Assembly (NCBI GenBank): GCA_965235115.1 | Contig: OZ249439.1 | Span: forward strand, 8,556,001-8,620,000 | Origin: Laetmonice hystrix | Lineage: Eukaryota | DNA: 64,000 bases | Direction: 5' to 3' | Shown: positions 25,528 to 40,178 of the stretch, one piece after another | Position numbering within the stretch: position 1 is the stretch's first letter | Layout: every line of letters starts with the position of its first letter | Made by a program: the position numbers and the translations under genes | Notes under the pieces: model-generated | What the model saw: only the letters and a program-made list of their open reading frames with translations | Told to the model about the DNA's origin: nothing | Database searches by the model: none

Positions 25528-26185
25528 CAGGCTGGCCAACCATTCCCTGTCAGGCTGGCCAACCATTCCCTGTCAGGCTGGCCAACCATTCCCTGTCAGG
25601 CTGGTCAACCATTCCCTGCCAGGCTGGTCAACCATTCCCTGCCAGGCTGGCCAACCATTCCCTGCCAGGCTAGCCAACCGTTCCCTGTCAGGCTGGCCAA
25701 CCATTCCCTGCCAGGCTGGCCAACCATTCCCTGTCAGGCTGACCAACCATTCCCTGTCAGGCTGGCCAAGCGTTCACTCACAAGCTAGGCAACCATTCCC
25801 TGTCAGGCTGGACAACCATTCCCTGTCAGGCTGGCCAACCATTCCCTGTCAGTCTGACCAACCATTCCCTGTCAGTCTGGCCAAGCATTCACTGACAGGC
25901 TAGCCAGCCATTCCCTGCTAGGCTGGCCAACCATTCCCTGTCATGCTGGCCAACCATTCCCTGCCAGGCTGGCCAACCATTCCCTGTCAGGCTGGCCAAC
26001 CATTCCCTGCCAGGCTGGCCAACTGTTCAGACAGGCTAGCCAACCATTCCCTGTCAGGCTGGGCAACCATTCCCTGTCAGGCTGGGCAACCATTCCCTGT
26101 CAGGCTAGCCAACCATTCCCTGTCAGGTTGGCCAACCATTCCCTGTCAGGCTGGCCAACCATTCCCTGTCAGGTTGGCCAACCGT
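25528..26185. repeat. 23-bp minisatellite, ~28 copies
   Basis: Unit CAGGCTGGCCAACCATTCCCTGT. Confidence 0.95.
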
Positions 26186-28765
26186 TCAAGGCCGGCGTGG
26201 ACATCGTACTTTCCCTATACTACTGACTACCATGGCCGCCACTCATTCAATACACGCCAAGTCCATCCTTTGAGTGACTCGTCTCTTTCCGCCATATGCA
26301 GCCGGCTGACAACCCAACACATGGCAATAAAAGTAACCGATCTACACTTAGTACACTACCGTCACCACTTAACGTTCTCTGGTCGAGGATTATATGTATA
26401 GATTTACAAATATCGCCTCCACGACAAAGGCTCGGGGCGTGTCCCCAAACCGACCCCTGTAGAGCGGGGCCTTGTCTCGGGCGTACCCCCGCCGTGCCGC
26501 AGACACCATATATACAGACGGGTGCTTTCACTGACCCCCTCCGGACCCCACAGACGCTACCCCTGGCGTTCCGGGAGCTACGACCCGCCATGTTGTAGCG
26601 GCACCGAGTTGACAACCTCCCGCCTCGCCAGTGAAAGGAATCTGTTGACGAGCGGAGGATACAATCGACCGGCCACTCAGGTCTAACACCGGCGTATCAA
26701 AGACCCAAGTGTTTCTGGGGATACGATACGGACTCTAGGGTGTCACCAACAACAACATCTCAACCCAGGATGTCCATATTAACCTCACGTATATACGGCT
26801 GGCTACCTGTTCCCACCAACCGGGCCGCGTCTGGGGCGGTACCATGACAACGGCGAGGTGTACTGATTTGGTTAACCATTGTATGTTGGTGCTCTATACT
26901 TTTATACTCTAAAGTAAATCCGATTTAACCCTACATATTATAATATAGGCCTATATAATCTATTTAATTCACTCCATACTTTACTATAAAACTCATTTTT
27001 TTGAGCAGGACCATTTGCCATACTGTTTTCTGCCAAAAGACCTCGCTTAAAGTGCCCCCCGTATGATGTAAGCCTATTGTACCTCACTCTGAAAGACAAT
27101 ATTTCACAATTTGTCAGGATCTAGACAAGGGGGCGGGGCCCGTCGTGTAAACGGATAGCCCCAATCCTGGCTGGTTGACGGGTCCGGATTTCAGAGGGGA
27201 AAGGTGCGACCTGCCCCGGGCCTGGGTGCAGGGAGGGCCGGGGGCTATGCCACGCCTGGGCCGGGGTGCGGGGAGGGCCCGCCGGCTATGACACGCCCGG
27301 ACCGGGGCAGGCGGGCCCGAGTAGCGGCTGATCTCAAAGAGCTCCCTGTCAAATCCCCGGTGGTCGGAGCGACAGGGCCCCGACTGGTAAAACGATACTT
27401 TTTCATTAGAGCCTTTGTAGATTCATTGGGGCGGTCGAGTGCACGTCACTTTCAAGGGCATTATAGATTAATAGACTCTCTAACTAACGAAGAAATACTC
27501 GGTTCTTGGCCGCTGATATTAAAACATGATTATCCAATGTTATACAGTATACCATATAGGCACCTCTGGTAGACGCTTCATGTCCTATATTTCTATAATT
27601 GTGGGGAAGGTTTTTATTTGGGGTAATATTTTTTTATTTGTCATTGTGTATGGTCAGGAAGATTTACATGCCTCCATCTCCAATGTCAGACTAAAGACTA
27701 GTTATCTTAGAAGACGTCAGAGTGACAAGATAATGAAGAACAAGTACTCGTCCCTGTCCGTTTAACCAATCAGAGTCTGTGATGTAGGCTGCCATGCCGA
27801 CCGTCGTCGTTAAGGATGACAGTCAGATACGGTGCCCCTTCACCTCTGCAACGATCCACTCGGCAGCTCTCGTAAAAACGAGGTAAGAAAACGAGACCGT
27901 GGCCGGATGTGTGTAATTGGTCGGATCTGGAGTAATTAGACGTCTGCCGCCAGAGGGAGTGACGGTCGGGGGTGGAGGTGACAATCTGGGATGGGAGTGG
28001 TTCGGACCATACCGTATACCTACACGAGGCCCGCTATCGGGGTGGGGGGGGCAGTTACTCGCTACGGTTCGTCTCCATCAAGATACCGCTAAATTAGGTT
28101 TAATGATAACAGACCGACACGTGTATCTAAAAGTTGTTACCTAAAACATAATCTACATGTTTATGATATATATGGACACGGCACAAATCTTCCATGCGTA
28201 GACCCTTAGATTTAAACATGGATTTTACTCGCTGCATGTATGAGCTTATATTCCACTTAATGAAACAATACAGACGTGAACAGGAGGTCTACCGCTTGGA
28301 GAACTAAAATTTATCATTCATAACTTAGGACACGATACTGGGCGGGAGTACGAGTATTAGCCTATACACTTGTCAAGTGAAAGTAGGCCTATATATCTGC
28401 CCCCCACCCCCCACACACACACACCTGGAGCCGCAGGTGACTGACTGACGTAGCGCCCCTGTACCCACCCTGACCACACCCACAGCCAGCCGTACTCGGT
28501 GGCCGTCGCCGGGGGGACATGAACCTGGCCTGTATGGCCTGTATAACACACACCGAGCTATAGGCAATGTAAGGCGGTGTTGGTTGAGGCGTATACAGAC
28601 CGATGTTATCAGCGGTATACGGCCGGCTGTCCGGTTACCGCGCACCGACCCGGCCCGGCCGTCTGACGCCACTGGTCCCGGGTACAAAGCCACCCGCATG
28701 CTGCCCTCCACGGCTGTCCGGTCAACCTCACACTGCCGCCGTTATCTGAGCTGGCCATCTCCCCG

Positions 28766-29390
28766 GCGGCCGGCCAGCGGGCACCCGTCCGCCTACCGGC
28801 CAGCGGGCACCCGTCCGGCGGCCGGCCAGCGGTCACCCTGGTCCGTCCGGCTACCGGCCAGCGGGCACCCTGGTCCGTCCGGCTACCGGCCATGCAGCGG
28901 GAACCCTGGTCTATCCGGCTACCGGCCAGCGGGCACCCTGATCCGTCCGGCTACCGGCCAGCGGGCACCCTGGTCCGTCCGGCTACCGGCCAGCGGGCAC
29001 CCTGGTCCGTCCGGCTACCGGCCAGCGGGCACCCCGATCCGTCCGGCTACCGGCCAGCGGGCACCCCGATCCGTCCGGCTACCGGCCAGCGGGCACCCCG
29101 ATCCGTCCGACTGCCGGCCAGCGAGCACCCTGGTCCGTCTGGCTACCGGCCAGCGGGCACCCTGGTCCGTCCGGCTACCGGCCAGCGAGCACCCTGGTCC
29201 GTCCGGCTACCGGCCAGCGGGCACCCGTCCGGCTACCGGCCAGCGAACACCCTGGTCCGTCCGGCTACCGGCCAGCGGGCACCCTGGTTCGTCCGGCTAT
29301 ACCGGCCAGCGAACACCCTGGTCCGTCCGGCTACCGGCCAGCGGGCACCCTGGTCCGTCCGGCTACCGGCCAGTGGGCACCCTGGTCCGG
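28766..29390. repeat. 32-bp GC/CpG-rich minisatellite, ~19 copies
   Basis: Unit CCGGCCAGCGGGCACCCTGGTCCGTCCGGCTA. Confidence 0.95.
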
Positions 29391-29492
29391 CGGCTGAAAC
29401 ACTTCGCTATCCGTGTGTATACTCACGTCCTATACTCAACCCGGCACTCACCTGTCCATGCCCTCTCAGGACGGACTACATTCGGAGCTTAC

Positions 29493-29731
29493 CACATTTA
29501 TTTACTATATCCCACGGTTTCTGCGTGCCATCCCTCCGACTGTTCCATATCATGTTCTCATCCCATCCGTTTACTATATCCCACATTTATTTACTATATC
29601 CCACATTTATTTACTGTATCCCACATTTATTTACTATATCCCACATTTATTTACTATATCCCACATTTATTTACTATATCCCACGGTTTCTGCGTGCCAT
29701 CCCTCCGACTGTTCCATATCATGTTCTCATC
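29493..29731. repeat. Compound repeat: 20-bp AT-rich array bracketed by 50-bp direct repeats
   Basis: CACATTTATTTACTATATCC units; CACGGTTTCTGCGTG...CATGTTCTCATC at 29513-29562 and 29682-29731. Confidence 0.9.
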
Positions 29732-31034
29732 TCATCAGTTTCAAGGAAGACAGCGGGCGAGTTTTTCTCATCATTAAATGTCACTTCTATTAATTCATGT
29801 TGATAACGACCCGTTATATATGACAGCTGTATAAATGCGACGACTGATTTCTTTTCACGTTTCTTTTTGTCTCTGCAATGTTCATCACTAATAGGTCGTC
29901 TTCCTTTTCAGATTATATTTATTAGATCTCTACCTTAACATCATCATGCATGTCTGCCATCTATATTATATTTATAAATCATTCAGCGTGCGGTTAGATC
30001 CAGCTAGCTGACATTAATTTAGATGACGTTTCGATACGATACAGTCCAGTAATAATGTTTGTTTTATCCCTAACCTTGGAAACGTACACCTGACGTTTGC
30101 CACACTAACTCGGAGCGCCACCGACAGAGGGCAGTGCGGTGTTCCCCGTGCACACAACCACAGTTCAGTCGGTGGGAGAGAGGAGGGCAGCTCTGAATTA
30201 TTCACAACCGTCGGTAATAAGGCTCTATTCCACGCGCTGACGGCAAAATTCAAGATTCACTACCAGTCGTGGAATCTCCTCGCGATTAAAACCTTTACCA
30301 GTACACAGCTGATCAACGCTCGGACGCTGCGGGGGCGGGGGGTAATTCCAGCGGCGTTTTGTACTATGACTAACAGCGCTGATAGAAATAAATCAAATTA
30401 AATATTTTATACACTGTCATATTTCTGCCCACTGTTCGCAAACAAATGGTCTGATCCCATCTATACGTCTATATCTCTATCTGCTCTTTCACCAGATCCA
30501 TCATAGTAATTGTAAAATATCACCCTGGTGGACTCATTAAATCAAGCACTGCCACTTCCCAATGCCCTGTTGGAGCGGCTAACAGATTGCCTGGCTATTG
30601 AATCTGACGTGCCGCGTCCCCTTCCTTCATTATCGCCCACCCTCACGTGATCTACAGCGGGACCATCGACAACCAAGCCCGGGCAGTCAAGGCACGAGGT
30701 CCCGTTCACATATCGAACCGAGCCGGCGGTCAGGGACGAACGATGGCTGAGAGTCTACTGGTAGTGCAGGTGACGGCCGGTAAATGATAATCCCGCTCAG
30801 AGAGTGGGGAGCAAGGGAACACACACGGCCAGTACATGCTCCTATGCTAAACAATAGCTATAGCAAAGAACAACGAGTACACAGGCTGGCTGAAGTAGGA
30901 CTTGACTCAGAAGACTTCGACAATGATGTGAATCTATGCTTGCATTGGGGGGGGGGGGGGAGGGCGGACAGGAGTTGGGGGTAGGCTGGCTACCTCCGGT
31001 ATATACTTCCAACTCCTACCCCACCGACCGGTAT

Positions 31035-31782
31035 ATACTTCCAGTTGAGGAGTTGAGGGTGGGCCGGTTGGTGGGGTAGGAGTTGAGGGTGGGCCGGTTG
31101 GTGGGGTAGGAGTTGAGGGTGGGCCGGTTGGTGGGGTAGGAGTTGAGGGTGGGCCGGTTGGTGGGGTAGGACTTGAGGGTGGGCCGGTTGGTGGGGTAGG
31201 ACTTGAGGGTGGGCCGGTTGGTGGGGTAGGACTTGAGGGTGGGCCGGTTGGTGGGGTAGGAGTTGAGGGTGGGCCGGTTGGTGGGGTAGGAGTTGAGGCT
31301 GGGCCGGTTGGTGGGGTAGAAGTTGAGGCTGGGTCGGTTGGTGGGGTATGAGTTGAGGCTGGTCCGGTTGGTGGGGTATGAGTTGAGGCTGGGTCGGTTG
31401 GTGGGGTATGAGTTGAGGCTGGGCCGGTTGGTGGGGTAGGAGTTGAGGCTGGGCCGGTTGGTGGGATAGGAGTTGAGGCTGGGCCGGTTGGTGGGTAGGA
31501 GTTGAGGCTGGGTCGGTTGGTGGGGTAGGAGTTGAGGCTGGGCCGGTTGGTGGGTAGGAGTTGAGGCTGGGCCGGTTGGTGGGGTAGGAGTTGAGGCTGG
31601 GCCGGTTGGTGGGGTAGGGGGCTGGGTCGGTTGGTGGGGTAGGAGTTGAGGGTGGACCGGTTGGTGGGGTAGGAGTTGAGGCTGGGCCGGTTGGTGGGGT
31701 AGGAGGCTGGGCCGGTTGGTGGGGTAGGAGTTGAGGCAGGGCCGGTTGGTGGGGTAGGAGTTGAGGGTGGGCCGGTTGGTAG
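31035..31782. repeat. 30-bp G-rich minisatellite, ~25 copies
   Basis: Unit GTAGGAGTTGAGGGTGGGCCGGTTGGTGGG. Confidence 0.96.
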
Positions 31783-32390
31783 GACAGGTGAGGACTGACT
31801 GTAAAAGGTTCACCTGACACTCAGACACGGAACAGCTCACCGCCTCCACCACCAACCACTCCACACTTGATGAACGGCGCCACCGTTTAGGCGCCATCAG
31901 TCAGTGCGGGCGCTGACAGGGTAATACCCGACCGGCCGACTTGAGAGGGGCTCAAGGTGCCCGCACCCCCTGTAACCACCACCCGGCTGCCGCCCCAGGC
32001 TCCGGCCTGACAACTTTCTTGCTCTAATTAATTTCTGGTCTGTTTGTCTTGCGGAATGGGGCTACTGCCAGAACGGCGGCGAGTCTGGGTGTCGGCGGGG
32101 CAGTCAGTGACCGGTGACCGGGGCCAGGCAGGGTCAGACCCGGGGGTGCTGTCCGCCTGCTCCCGGGACAGGTCGCCTGGGGCGCCCGCACGAGCTTCAG
32201 GCCGGCCCCTCACAGCAGCGTCAGTGTCCCGCTGTCTCTGCATCTCGTCCACCCATGTCACACCGACCCATACACAACAAACAGGGGACTCGGCGCTGTC
32301 AATGTACCACAGGGAGACCATGCAGACCTGGTATAGCCTTCCTATACTCCGGTATCAACACCACAGTGTTCACTCGGCCTGTACTGGTCA

Positions 32391-32828
32391 GACTGGGCCC
32401 TCTGGTCTGGTCAGTTCAGAGACTGGGCCCTCTGGCCTGGTCAGTTCAAAGACTGGGCCCTCTGGTCTGGTCAGTTCAGAGACTGGACCCTCTGGTCTGG
32501 TCAGTTCAGAGACTGGGCCCTCTGGTCTGGTCAGTTCAGAGACAGGACCCTCTGGTCTGGTCAGTTCAGAGACTGGGCCCTCTGGTCTGGTCAGTTCAGA
32601 GACAGGACCCTCTGGTCTGGTCAGTTCAGAGACTGGACCCTCTGGTCTGGTCAGTTCAGAGACTGGGCCCTCTGGTCTGGTCAGTTCAGAGACTGGACCC
32701 TCTGGTCTAGTCAGTTCAGAGACTAGACCCTCTGGTCTGGTCAGTTCAGAGACTAGACCCTCTGGTCTGGTCAGTTCAGAGACTAGACCCTCTGGTCTGG
32801 TCAATTCAGAGACTAGACCCTCTGGTCT
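32391..32828. repeat. 30-bp minisatellite, ~14 copies
   Basis: Unit GACTGGGCCCTCTGGTCTGGTCAGTTCAGA. Confidence 0.96.
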
Positions 32829-33300
32829 CTATAAGAGTGGCGTACTGACAGCTCTATACCGACAGTCCCTATAGCTGGCTCGTAGGGAGGATGCCAACGT
32901 CATGGCCACAGGCAGACAGGCTCAATCGTGGACGGGGGTGAGCTGGGGTTCACAATACATATCTACCCACCTCCCCCAACATGTCCATATGAATATAATA
33001 AAGTGACTATAGTGTCTAGGCTATATCACGGTATATAAGAGGTATAATGGTGATGAGAGTGTGAGGTTCGTGCAGACAGAAAAACACGTCCGCTCTCCAC
33101 AAGGCGGTTATCTCTGAGACTTTCGTCACCTCAATGTGCCGACATTGCAAGTTAGACATTGTTCAAGCCTATAGAGTTTCCTCCGTTTCTTTTGTCCGAT
33201 GCGGCGTGTCTTTGGGTGTATACCCAGTAAATGTAACATGGCGCCGGTTAAATTGACGCGGCAGACACTCAGGCTGTCTCGGATTCACCGCCCGCTCGTC

Positions 33301-33314
33301 CTGCCCCCTGGCGG
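33301..33314 (-). promoter_or_regulatory. CTCF-like motif
   Basis: CCGCCAGGGGGCAG on minus strand. Confidence 0.5.
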
Positions 33315-35218
33315 CGAGCCGACACAACACCACACATGCAGGGGCAATCACATCCTGAAACAAAAACATCAGTCGTTCATGGCAACAAGTTTCCACGTGG
33401 AAATTGTCGCATATTAACCAACAAAACCTCGGTCGTTTCAGGTCACAGGTGTCTCTAGTGCTACACGCCGTTTTTTCTCAAAGTATACGGGCCGTCCTTA
33501 TAGGAATGCCTAATAGATCATAATTTCTACACTTAAACCTATTATGACTAGTGACTGCGCAAAGTGGAGTGGAAGGAAATGGGCGATAATTGGAAGAGCA
33601 CGTGACTAATGATGACGTATCACTGACGTAGGGTCACATGGTGTTTCCGTGACAGTAGCTGCAGGGGCCGGAGCCTGTCATCTGATCACCTCCCTCGCTT
33701 ACCCCACCACATCATGCACAGAGCCACTTTCGGCTATTTAAGCCCCAAACTAAATACCAACCGACTAACATACGGACATGGTACTGATCTTAAGAAACAC
33801 TTCCTTTAATATTCTTAATGACACGTGCATCGCTTCAATTAATCCAATTAGGCTACTCTTCAAGGAACCCGACTATTATACTCAAGTGTCAAACGTCTAG
33901 CGTCCTCAACAATTAAATAGTCAAGTCGTGACTTCAACGGTTAGCTTGGTCGGGCAGTTAAAGGAACCACGAGTTTCCAAATACCAGAGGGGGAGGTTAC
34001 TATACCTGCAATCAATGAATACAATACATAATGGAATCCTTTTGTCTAAACTCGCAGCATTCCATTCAATGTTCTGTCAAAACTAGGTCGGCGTTTGCTG
34101 CCCGATGTTTGAATACAGGATACGAACAGTAAAGTAATTATTTAAAAAGGTGGGGACGGGGGGGGGGGGGTGGATCCCCCTACCTTTTAGGGGGATCTTG
34201 AAAAAAAATCACAATTCAACTAACTCTGTAAGAGAAGTCGCCCACCCCCGCCGTTTTTCTGATTCCGACATTATACTGAGTATATGACAGACCATGTAGT
34301 TTCTGTCGGAGTCAGAGCGCCATGGATTTACTATGTCAGTAAGCACCCCACCGCCCCGTACCATACATCTGCACACATTTTGACGGCACAGACCTCCTGG
34401 GTTGATGGTTTCGACCGCCGTCTGGGCGTGAAAAACATCTCAGGTGCGGTAGCTCACCATTAACCCTCCCATCACACTGATTATTGAGCATCTTTCACAT
34501 CGCTTTTGTCACGTGGTTGTGCGGATCAGGTGCGCCGTCTGACCTTTCACCCCTCCGGTGCCCGGACCCCGTTCTGCGCATGCGTTACGGTGGCCCACTG
34601 TCGGCTCCGATGCACCCCGACACTTTTCAATGTGACGTCATCAAAGGAAGCATGACACCGAGGTGCCATTTGAACGTCACCTAGACCCGTGGTTTTAGCA
34701 CTAATAGGATGGAGTGTAAACTGCTAGCACATGTCCTGTCCTGGCCCCGGACCATGGAATCATAGTATTTTGTTGGGCGCCGTTTGACCGTGCGGCTGGC
34801 TTCCGTCGGACACGCTCTGCCCTGCCGACCTGCCCTGTTTATCTACCAATTTATCGGCCGATTGGAGTCTGGGCCGGCCTCAGCGGGCGGTGACGGCCAG
34901 ACGGTCCGGTTAGACGGGAAGGAGGCGTCACGGGCGGGAAACTGAGAAATTATCACTCCTAACTTGATCTTCTCGTCTTTCTCCACCGACTACCGTCTAT
35001 TTCAGTGTTATTAGACCTTACGGTGGGCTGGGCGGAACCAACCCGGGGGACAAGAGTTCACCCGCCAATCCGAACTCATATAACGACCGCTTCACATTAT
35101 CCTTGGGTGTAGGTCTACACTCTTCCTCTCAACACAGGAAGTATGTTGTTAAATACCCACTAGACTGGATGAGGCCCAATTCAATTATAATATAAGTAAT
35201 GTGGTCGCCAATATAGAA

Positions 35219-35697
35219 TATGGGATCGTCAATATAAGGGGCACAGGATACTGTGTTCAGATAATGGGATCGCCAATATAAGGGGCACAGGACACTGTGT
35301 TCAGATACATGGGATCGCCAATATAAGGGGCACAGGACACTGTGTTCAGATAATGGGATCGCCAATATAAGGGGCACAGGACACTGTGTTCAGATATGGG
35401 ATCGCCAATATAAGGGGCACAGGATACTGTGTTCAGATATGGGATCGCCAATATACGGGGCACAGGACACTGTGTTCAGATATGGGATCGCCAATATAAG
35501 GGGCACAGGACACTGTGTTCAGATATGGGATCGCCAATGTAAGGGCCACAGGACACTGTGTTCAGATATGGGATCGCCAATATAAGGGGCACAGGACACT
35601 GTGTTCAGATATGGGATCGCCAATATAAGGAGCACAGGACACTGTGTTCAGATATAGGATCGCCAATATAAGGGGCACAGGACACTGTGTTTAGATC
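35219..35697. repeat. 43-bp minisatellite, ~11 copies
   Basis: Unit ATGGGATCGCCAATATAAGGGGCACAGGACACTGTGTTCAGAT. Confidence 0.95.
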
Positions 35698-37884
35698 CAG
35701 CCTCCACAGTTGATGAGAGTGTACTCACCAAACATCTTTTTGTCATGAACACAATAAAACATCCAGGTAAGCTCAATTATCCATGCAAGTTCCACAATAA
35801 TTTATTACGGGGTGCTCTAAGCCAAGGTCAGAGGTCACAAACCGTCCTTGGAGGATAGGAGCAAGACCCATCACTGATGGGTAGGCATGGGGGGCGAACC
35901 AGGGCCTACCACTGATAGGTATATGTATATAGGGGCGTAGGGTGGGGCTCGGGACCTGCTGTAACCTCAGACTAGCCCAGAGACCCTAACGAAGTTCTAT
36001 AACTGTTGCTCAGTTACCCTAGACTCAGGTCATCCCATGCAGGCTTATATCTATACAATGTACATCCATACGCCGGGGGCCTGGGTGACAAATTGTACGG
36101 TGCGATATGACAGTGGCCGGCAGGCATGGACGGGGCCCGGGTTATCGGTAGTCAGGGGAGGTCGGGGGGAGTGGGATGATGTCGGGGGAGTAGGGTTAAA
36201 GACGGTCTTTATCGGTCGACGACCCACGGGGCGCCATGGACGGCGACCGCCGAGTGTGACATACGACCACGTGGTCAGACAGTGGACGGCCTACGTCACC
36301 GTCACCAACAGTCCGGGGTGAAAGGTTATCAGTGGCGTCAGGAGGCGAGAGGATGAGTGCTGGGGTGGGGTGTAGACGAGAGGGTGGACAACTTGTGGTT
36401 AATGTACCCCAGTAGGTGGGTGGGTGGGGCTAGACGGCAGGTGAAGTGGCCCACAACAGCAACCACAAAATACAACCTACAAACTAGGATTCGCCAACTC
36501 AAAACGTTTTAAAAATGTGATATCATGCTTAAGTATACATCCGATATACGCTGGGTGTCTCAAAATGTTTGCATATTTCACCTATACCGTAACTTAAGGT
36601 GTCTCACAGTGTACATGTACATCGTTTTGATAAATGCTGAAATAAGATTACTGGGGAACATAATCTAACTTTAATTCCACTAAACAAAAAACCAAAAAAA
36701 CAAAACCAAAACAAAACCTGATCGATACATGATAAATATATTGACATTGCGATTCACTAACATGCCGGCACAGGAAGGCCATGAAGTCTGAAAGTCTAGT
36801 TCGTAAACAGTTTTATTACATTTGTCCAATACTATCAACATGACCCGAGTAAGAACATATTAACTTAATACTGCGATAATAGACGACTTCCTTACAGCTG
36901 GTTCACAACAGAGTATTTCTCTGCTGCATGTAAATCTAAATCTGCTGGGTCCAATCATCGTGGCTGTGGGAGACGCTGAAACAGTGCCGAATCCAGTTAC
37001 CACTGCAGACAACGACTATTAGTGTGATAGTTAGCGGCAGGGGGCGCACCTGTCGGTCAGCGTCGATCGGGCGCACCTGACGCCGGGCACGGACGGCCGA
37101 GGCAGGGCGAACACCTGGGATACTGACACCTCGCTCACACCCTGCCGTAGCCGGACGGCAAGCCGTTGGTGTGGAGACCGGGCAGACCTGACGTCCGCGG
37201 GACGGGCGCTCATTAGTGGGAGTCCCGCCGCCGGCCGCTGGTCAGGGTCGGGCGAGCACGGGAGGGTATGATGGTTTCTCCCCCGGGGGCAGGTAACCAG
37301 GCGTGTACTTCCACGCTTCCAGGGACAGATAGAGGATTCCTGGCAGCCACAGCATACCGCCCTGGTTCAGGATCACACCGACGGGTGGACGTTGAAAGGA
37401 CCTGGGTTGTTCTGGTGAAAGCCAGGCCGGCCCTTTCTTGGGGCACTGGGGGCGTTCAAAAGACGATTCTAATTGGCCATTACACAAGGTGCGGGGTTGG
37501 GGAAGGCAGAGACCGGAGGCGAGGAAAGGACTGGCGAGGAATGGCGGCAAGGCGACGGCTAACGCCGGCAAGTTGGCAGTTGGTTGTACATGTCTGTTGA
37601 TCAAGTACACATGGTAGCTGGGGTCGGCAAGCGGGGGTGATTGGCGCTGGCACCATGAGTCTGTAACGCTACATTAGCCATGCACCGACACGCCGCGCCT
37701 CGTTCCGCGTTCACGATCGCGGCTCTCTAGATAAACCAGGAGCAAAAATACCAACATCCGTGCCATGAGCGATCAGACGGGGGCGTGTGGGTCCTCCTGC
37801 TCGTCCTCCAGCCCGGTGACTGAACACGTCCTCCAGACCGACGCTCGGGTCCTGCTGTTAGAACAAAACGGGCCGAGACGACCG

Positions 37885-37898
37885 CCACTAGGGGGCGC
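37885..37898 (+). promoter_or_regulatory. CTCF-like motif
   Basis: CCACTAGGGGGCGC, full consensus match. Confidence 0.55.
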
Positions 37899-40113
37899 GC
37901 CATGGATCTCGTATTGTCACGTGGCGGGCGAGATGTGGCTGTAAGACGGCATGGGGTTGAGGCGAGGATCGAGGGGGGCGCGGGAAGGGGGCCGAACCTG
38001 ACGAGGGTAGGAGGGTTTCGGGGAACAACTCCCTACCCGTTAATTATTCAATTAATGGGGGTAGAAATCAGAGACGCTGTCTGAGGGTAGATAAATGATG
38101 AACGCCACCGGGGTGAGGAACGCCTCTATTTGCGTTCGTGTCGTCTGAACGGCAGGGGGTGGACAGTGGGTGAGCATCTATATCAACCCCAGGTTGGGGC
38201 CCGTCTCACCCCCTACCGTCCCACCCCCCTCACCCCACCACAAACACCCTGACCCAAATTCACCCCCTGCGTTCCCAACTGTATAAATACAGTAGCTGGA
38301 GAATACCCGACATGCTCATTTTCCGGAAGTCTTGTTGCTTGCGTAACGACCAACCAGTGGGGTGTCCGAGAACTGTGTTCTGACAGTATCTAATGACTGC
38401 TGATTTTGTAACACGACGCTTTGCCTCCGAGAACACACATTCCCTAACTAACGGAAGTCCACCAGAGTAAAGTCAGATCACATGACTGCATAATTCACAC
38501 GGAAGTCATATGGTGAGAATTTTATCATGTTTTCTAATAAATGTGTATTACTAGAAACTTTGAGGCGTGAAACACGGGACAGTCGTTTGTGTATTTTTCA
38601 AGATACCTGCAAATTTTAGTAGCATCCTGTCCACTCCAAAGCTACCTCACCTCTGCAGGTAACACCTCTCTATGTTGGGCTTCGGTTCAGGGGGAAACTT
38701 TTACTTTTATGCCGACAGAAGAACTATATGTACTATAACAATACGAATTTCTTGTATAGACATGAAATCATGGTGTTTTGCATGGTGTAAGGTTGGGGGA
38801 CGTAGAGGAAACAACTGACGTGTTGGCTACCCCCCCCCCCCCCCGCCATCCTCACGATATGTGACCTGCTGTGACCGATACCCTGGCAGTGATTCCTGAT
38901 GGAAGGGTGTGTCTGACCCCCAGGTGATTTCACCCCGTCTGACCTTGAGGGGCGGGGTGGAGACAACGGACAGGGGGTACGAGGACCATGTCACCCCCCT
39001 GTGAAGCCCTGATTGACCATTGGTCAGTGGGACTGGATTCTGGGCGAGTTGACGATAAATTGACCGCAACTCTTGGCATGGCATCATTTACCATTATCAA
39101 CTTAATTAATCCTATTTGTGAACATATCATAGTTTAATTGTCCATGTGAACACATGGGTGCATACAGCAACAAACGACCCACCACAATGAACATCGTTCA
39201 ATACCGTTCTGAATTTCCAATCTTATGCATTGTAGCACTCATAGTCTCTAGTGTCAATTATATAGCAGTGTTATAGAGGAAGTGCTACCGTACAGAACCA
39301 ATCCAATCACCGACCAAACAAAGCTTCCCGTGTATATATGTCACTTATATACCATAGATCTACATAGAAAGAGGCCTAAATTCATTGTAAAAGCGCCTGT
39401 ATACTAGATGCCATTTCTGGGTAATGTACCTATAAATAATAATGCGGCTATAGAACTATCTATACCAAACCTTTCTTAACATACGACATGACCTGTGAGG
39501 AGGGGCCTTGCAAAGCTGTCGTTCACACTCCCACTGACCCCCCCGACTCCTGAGTAGTTTACTGAAAGTGTCATCCTGTAGCTGTCACACAACATACACA
39601 ACCGGAAGTAGCCAGAGCCAATCAGCGGGACGCCTGGATCATACCCGGATCTGTGCACACTGGCGCCCTCTATTGTCGTGTTTCATCAACCAGGTCTGAT
39701 CTCTGTCACCCAACACTTACAGTGGCCCCCTCACTCCCGGCGGGTCGATATCCGAGAATGTTTGTGAACAACATTGCTGTGTTCGACCACAGGACCAATT
39801 ACAGGCGTCGGCTGGCGTCAGTTGGCGTCGGGCTGGGATTGGTACTGCCAATTGTCGCAACTCTATTGTGGCAGACCGAAAGCCAAGCAGCGACCTCACC
39901 TTCTCAAGCCCCCCACCCACCCTCAAACAGGGCGACATGGCTGCCCCTCCACCGCACATCATGACCTCAAACTTCGGCTGTAATTACTCAATTAGACCTC
40001 CCGTCTTTGATGGCACATGTCAAGTGTCTAACTCCTGAGATTGAAGGCGGCGTGCCGGAAAATTCGGCGCTCGGTTGTGGCGGCTGGAGCGGGCGTTTGG
40101 CTGGAGGCCGGGC

Positions 40114-40178
40114 GGGGGTCGGTGGGGTGGGGTGGGGTGGGGTGGGGTGGAGTGGGGTGGGGTGGGGTGGGGTAGGGG
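40114..40178 (+). repeat. (GGGGT)n microsatellite, G-quadruplex-prone
   Basis: More than ten G4 tracts in tandem. Confidence 0.9.

Noticed and set aside
28584-32874. Long Pro/Gly-rich ORFs (397, 303, 293, 276 aa)
   Set aside because: All are translations of 30-32-bp minisatellites, open on several frames, with no splice or homology support.
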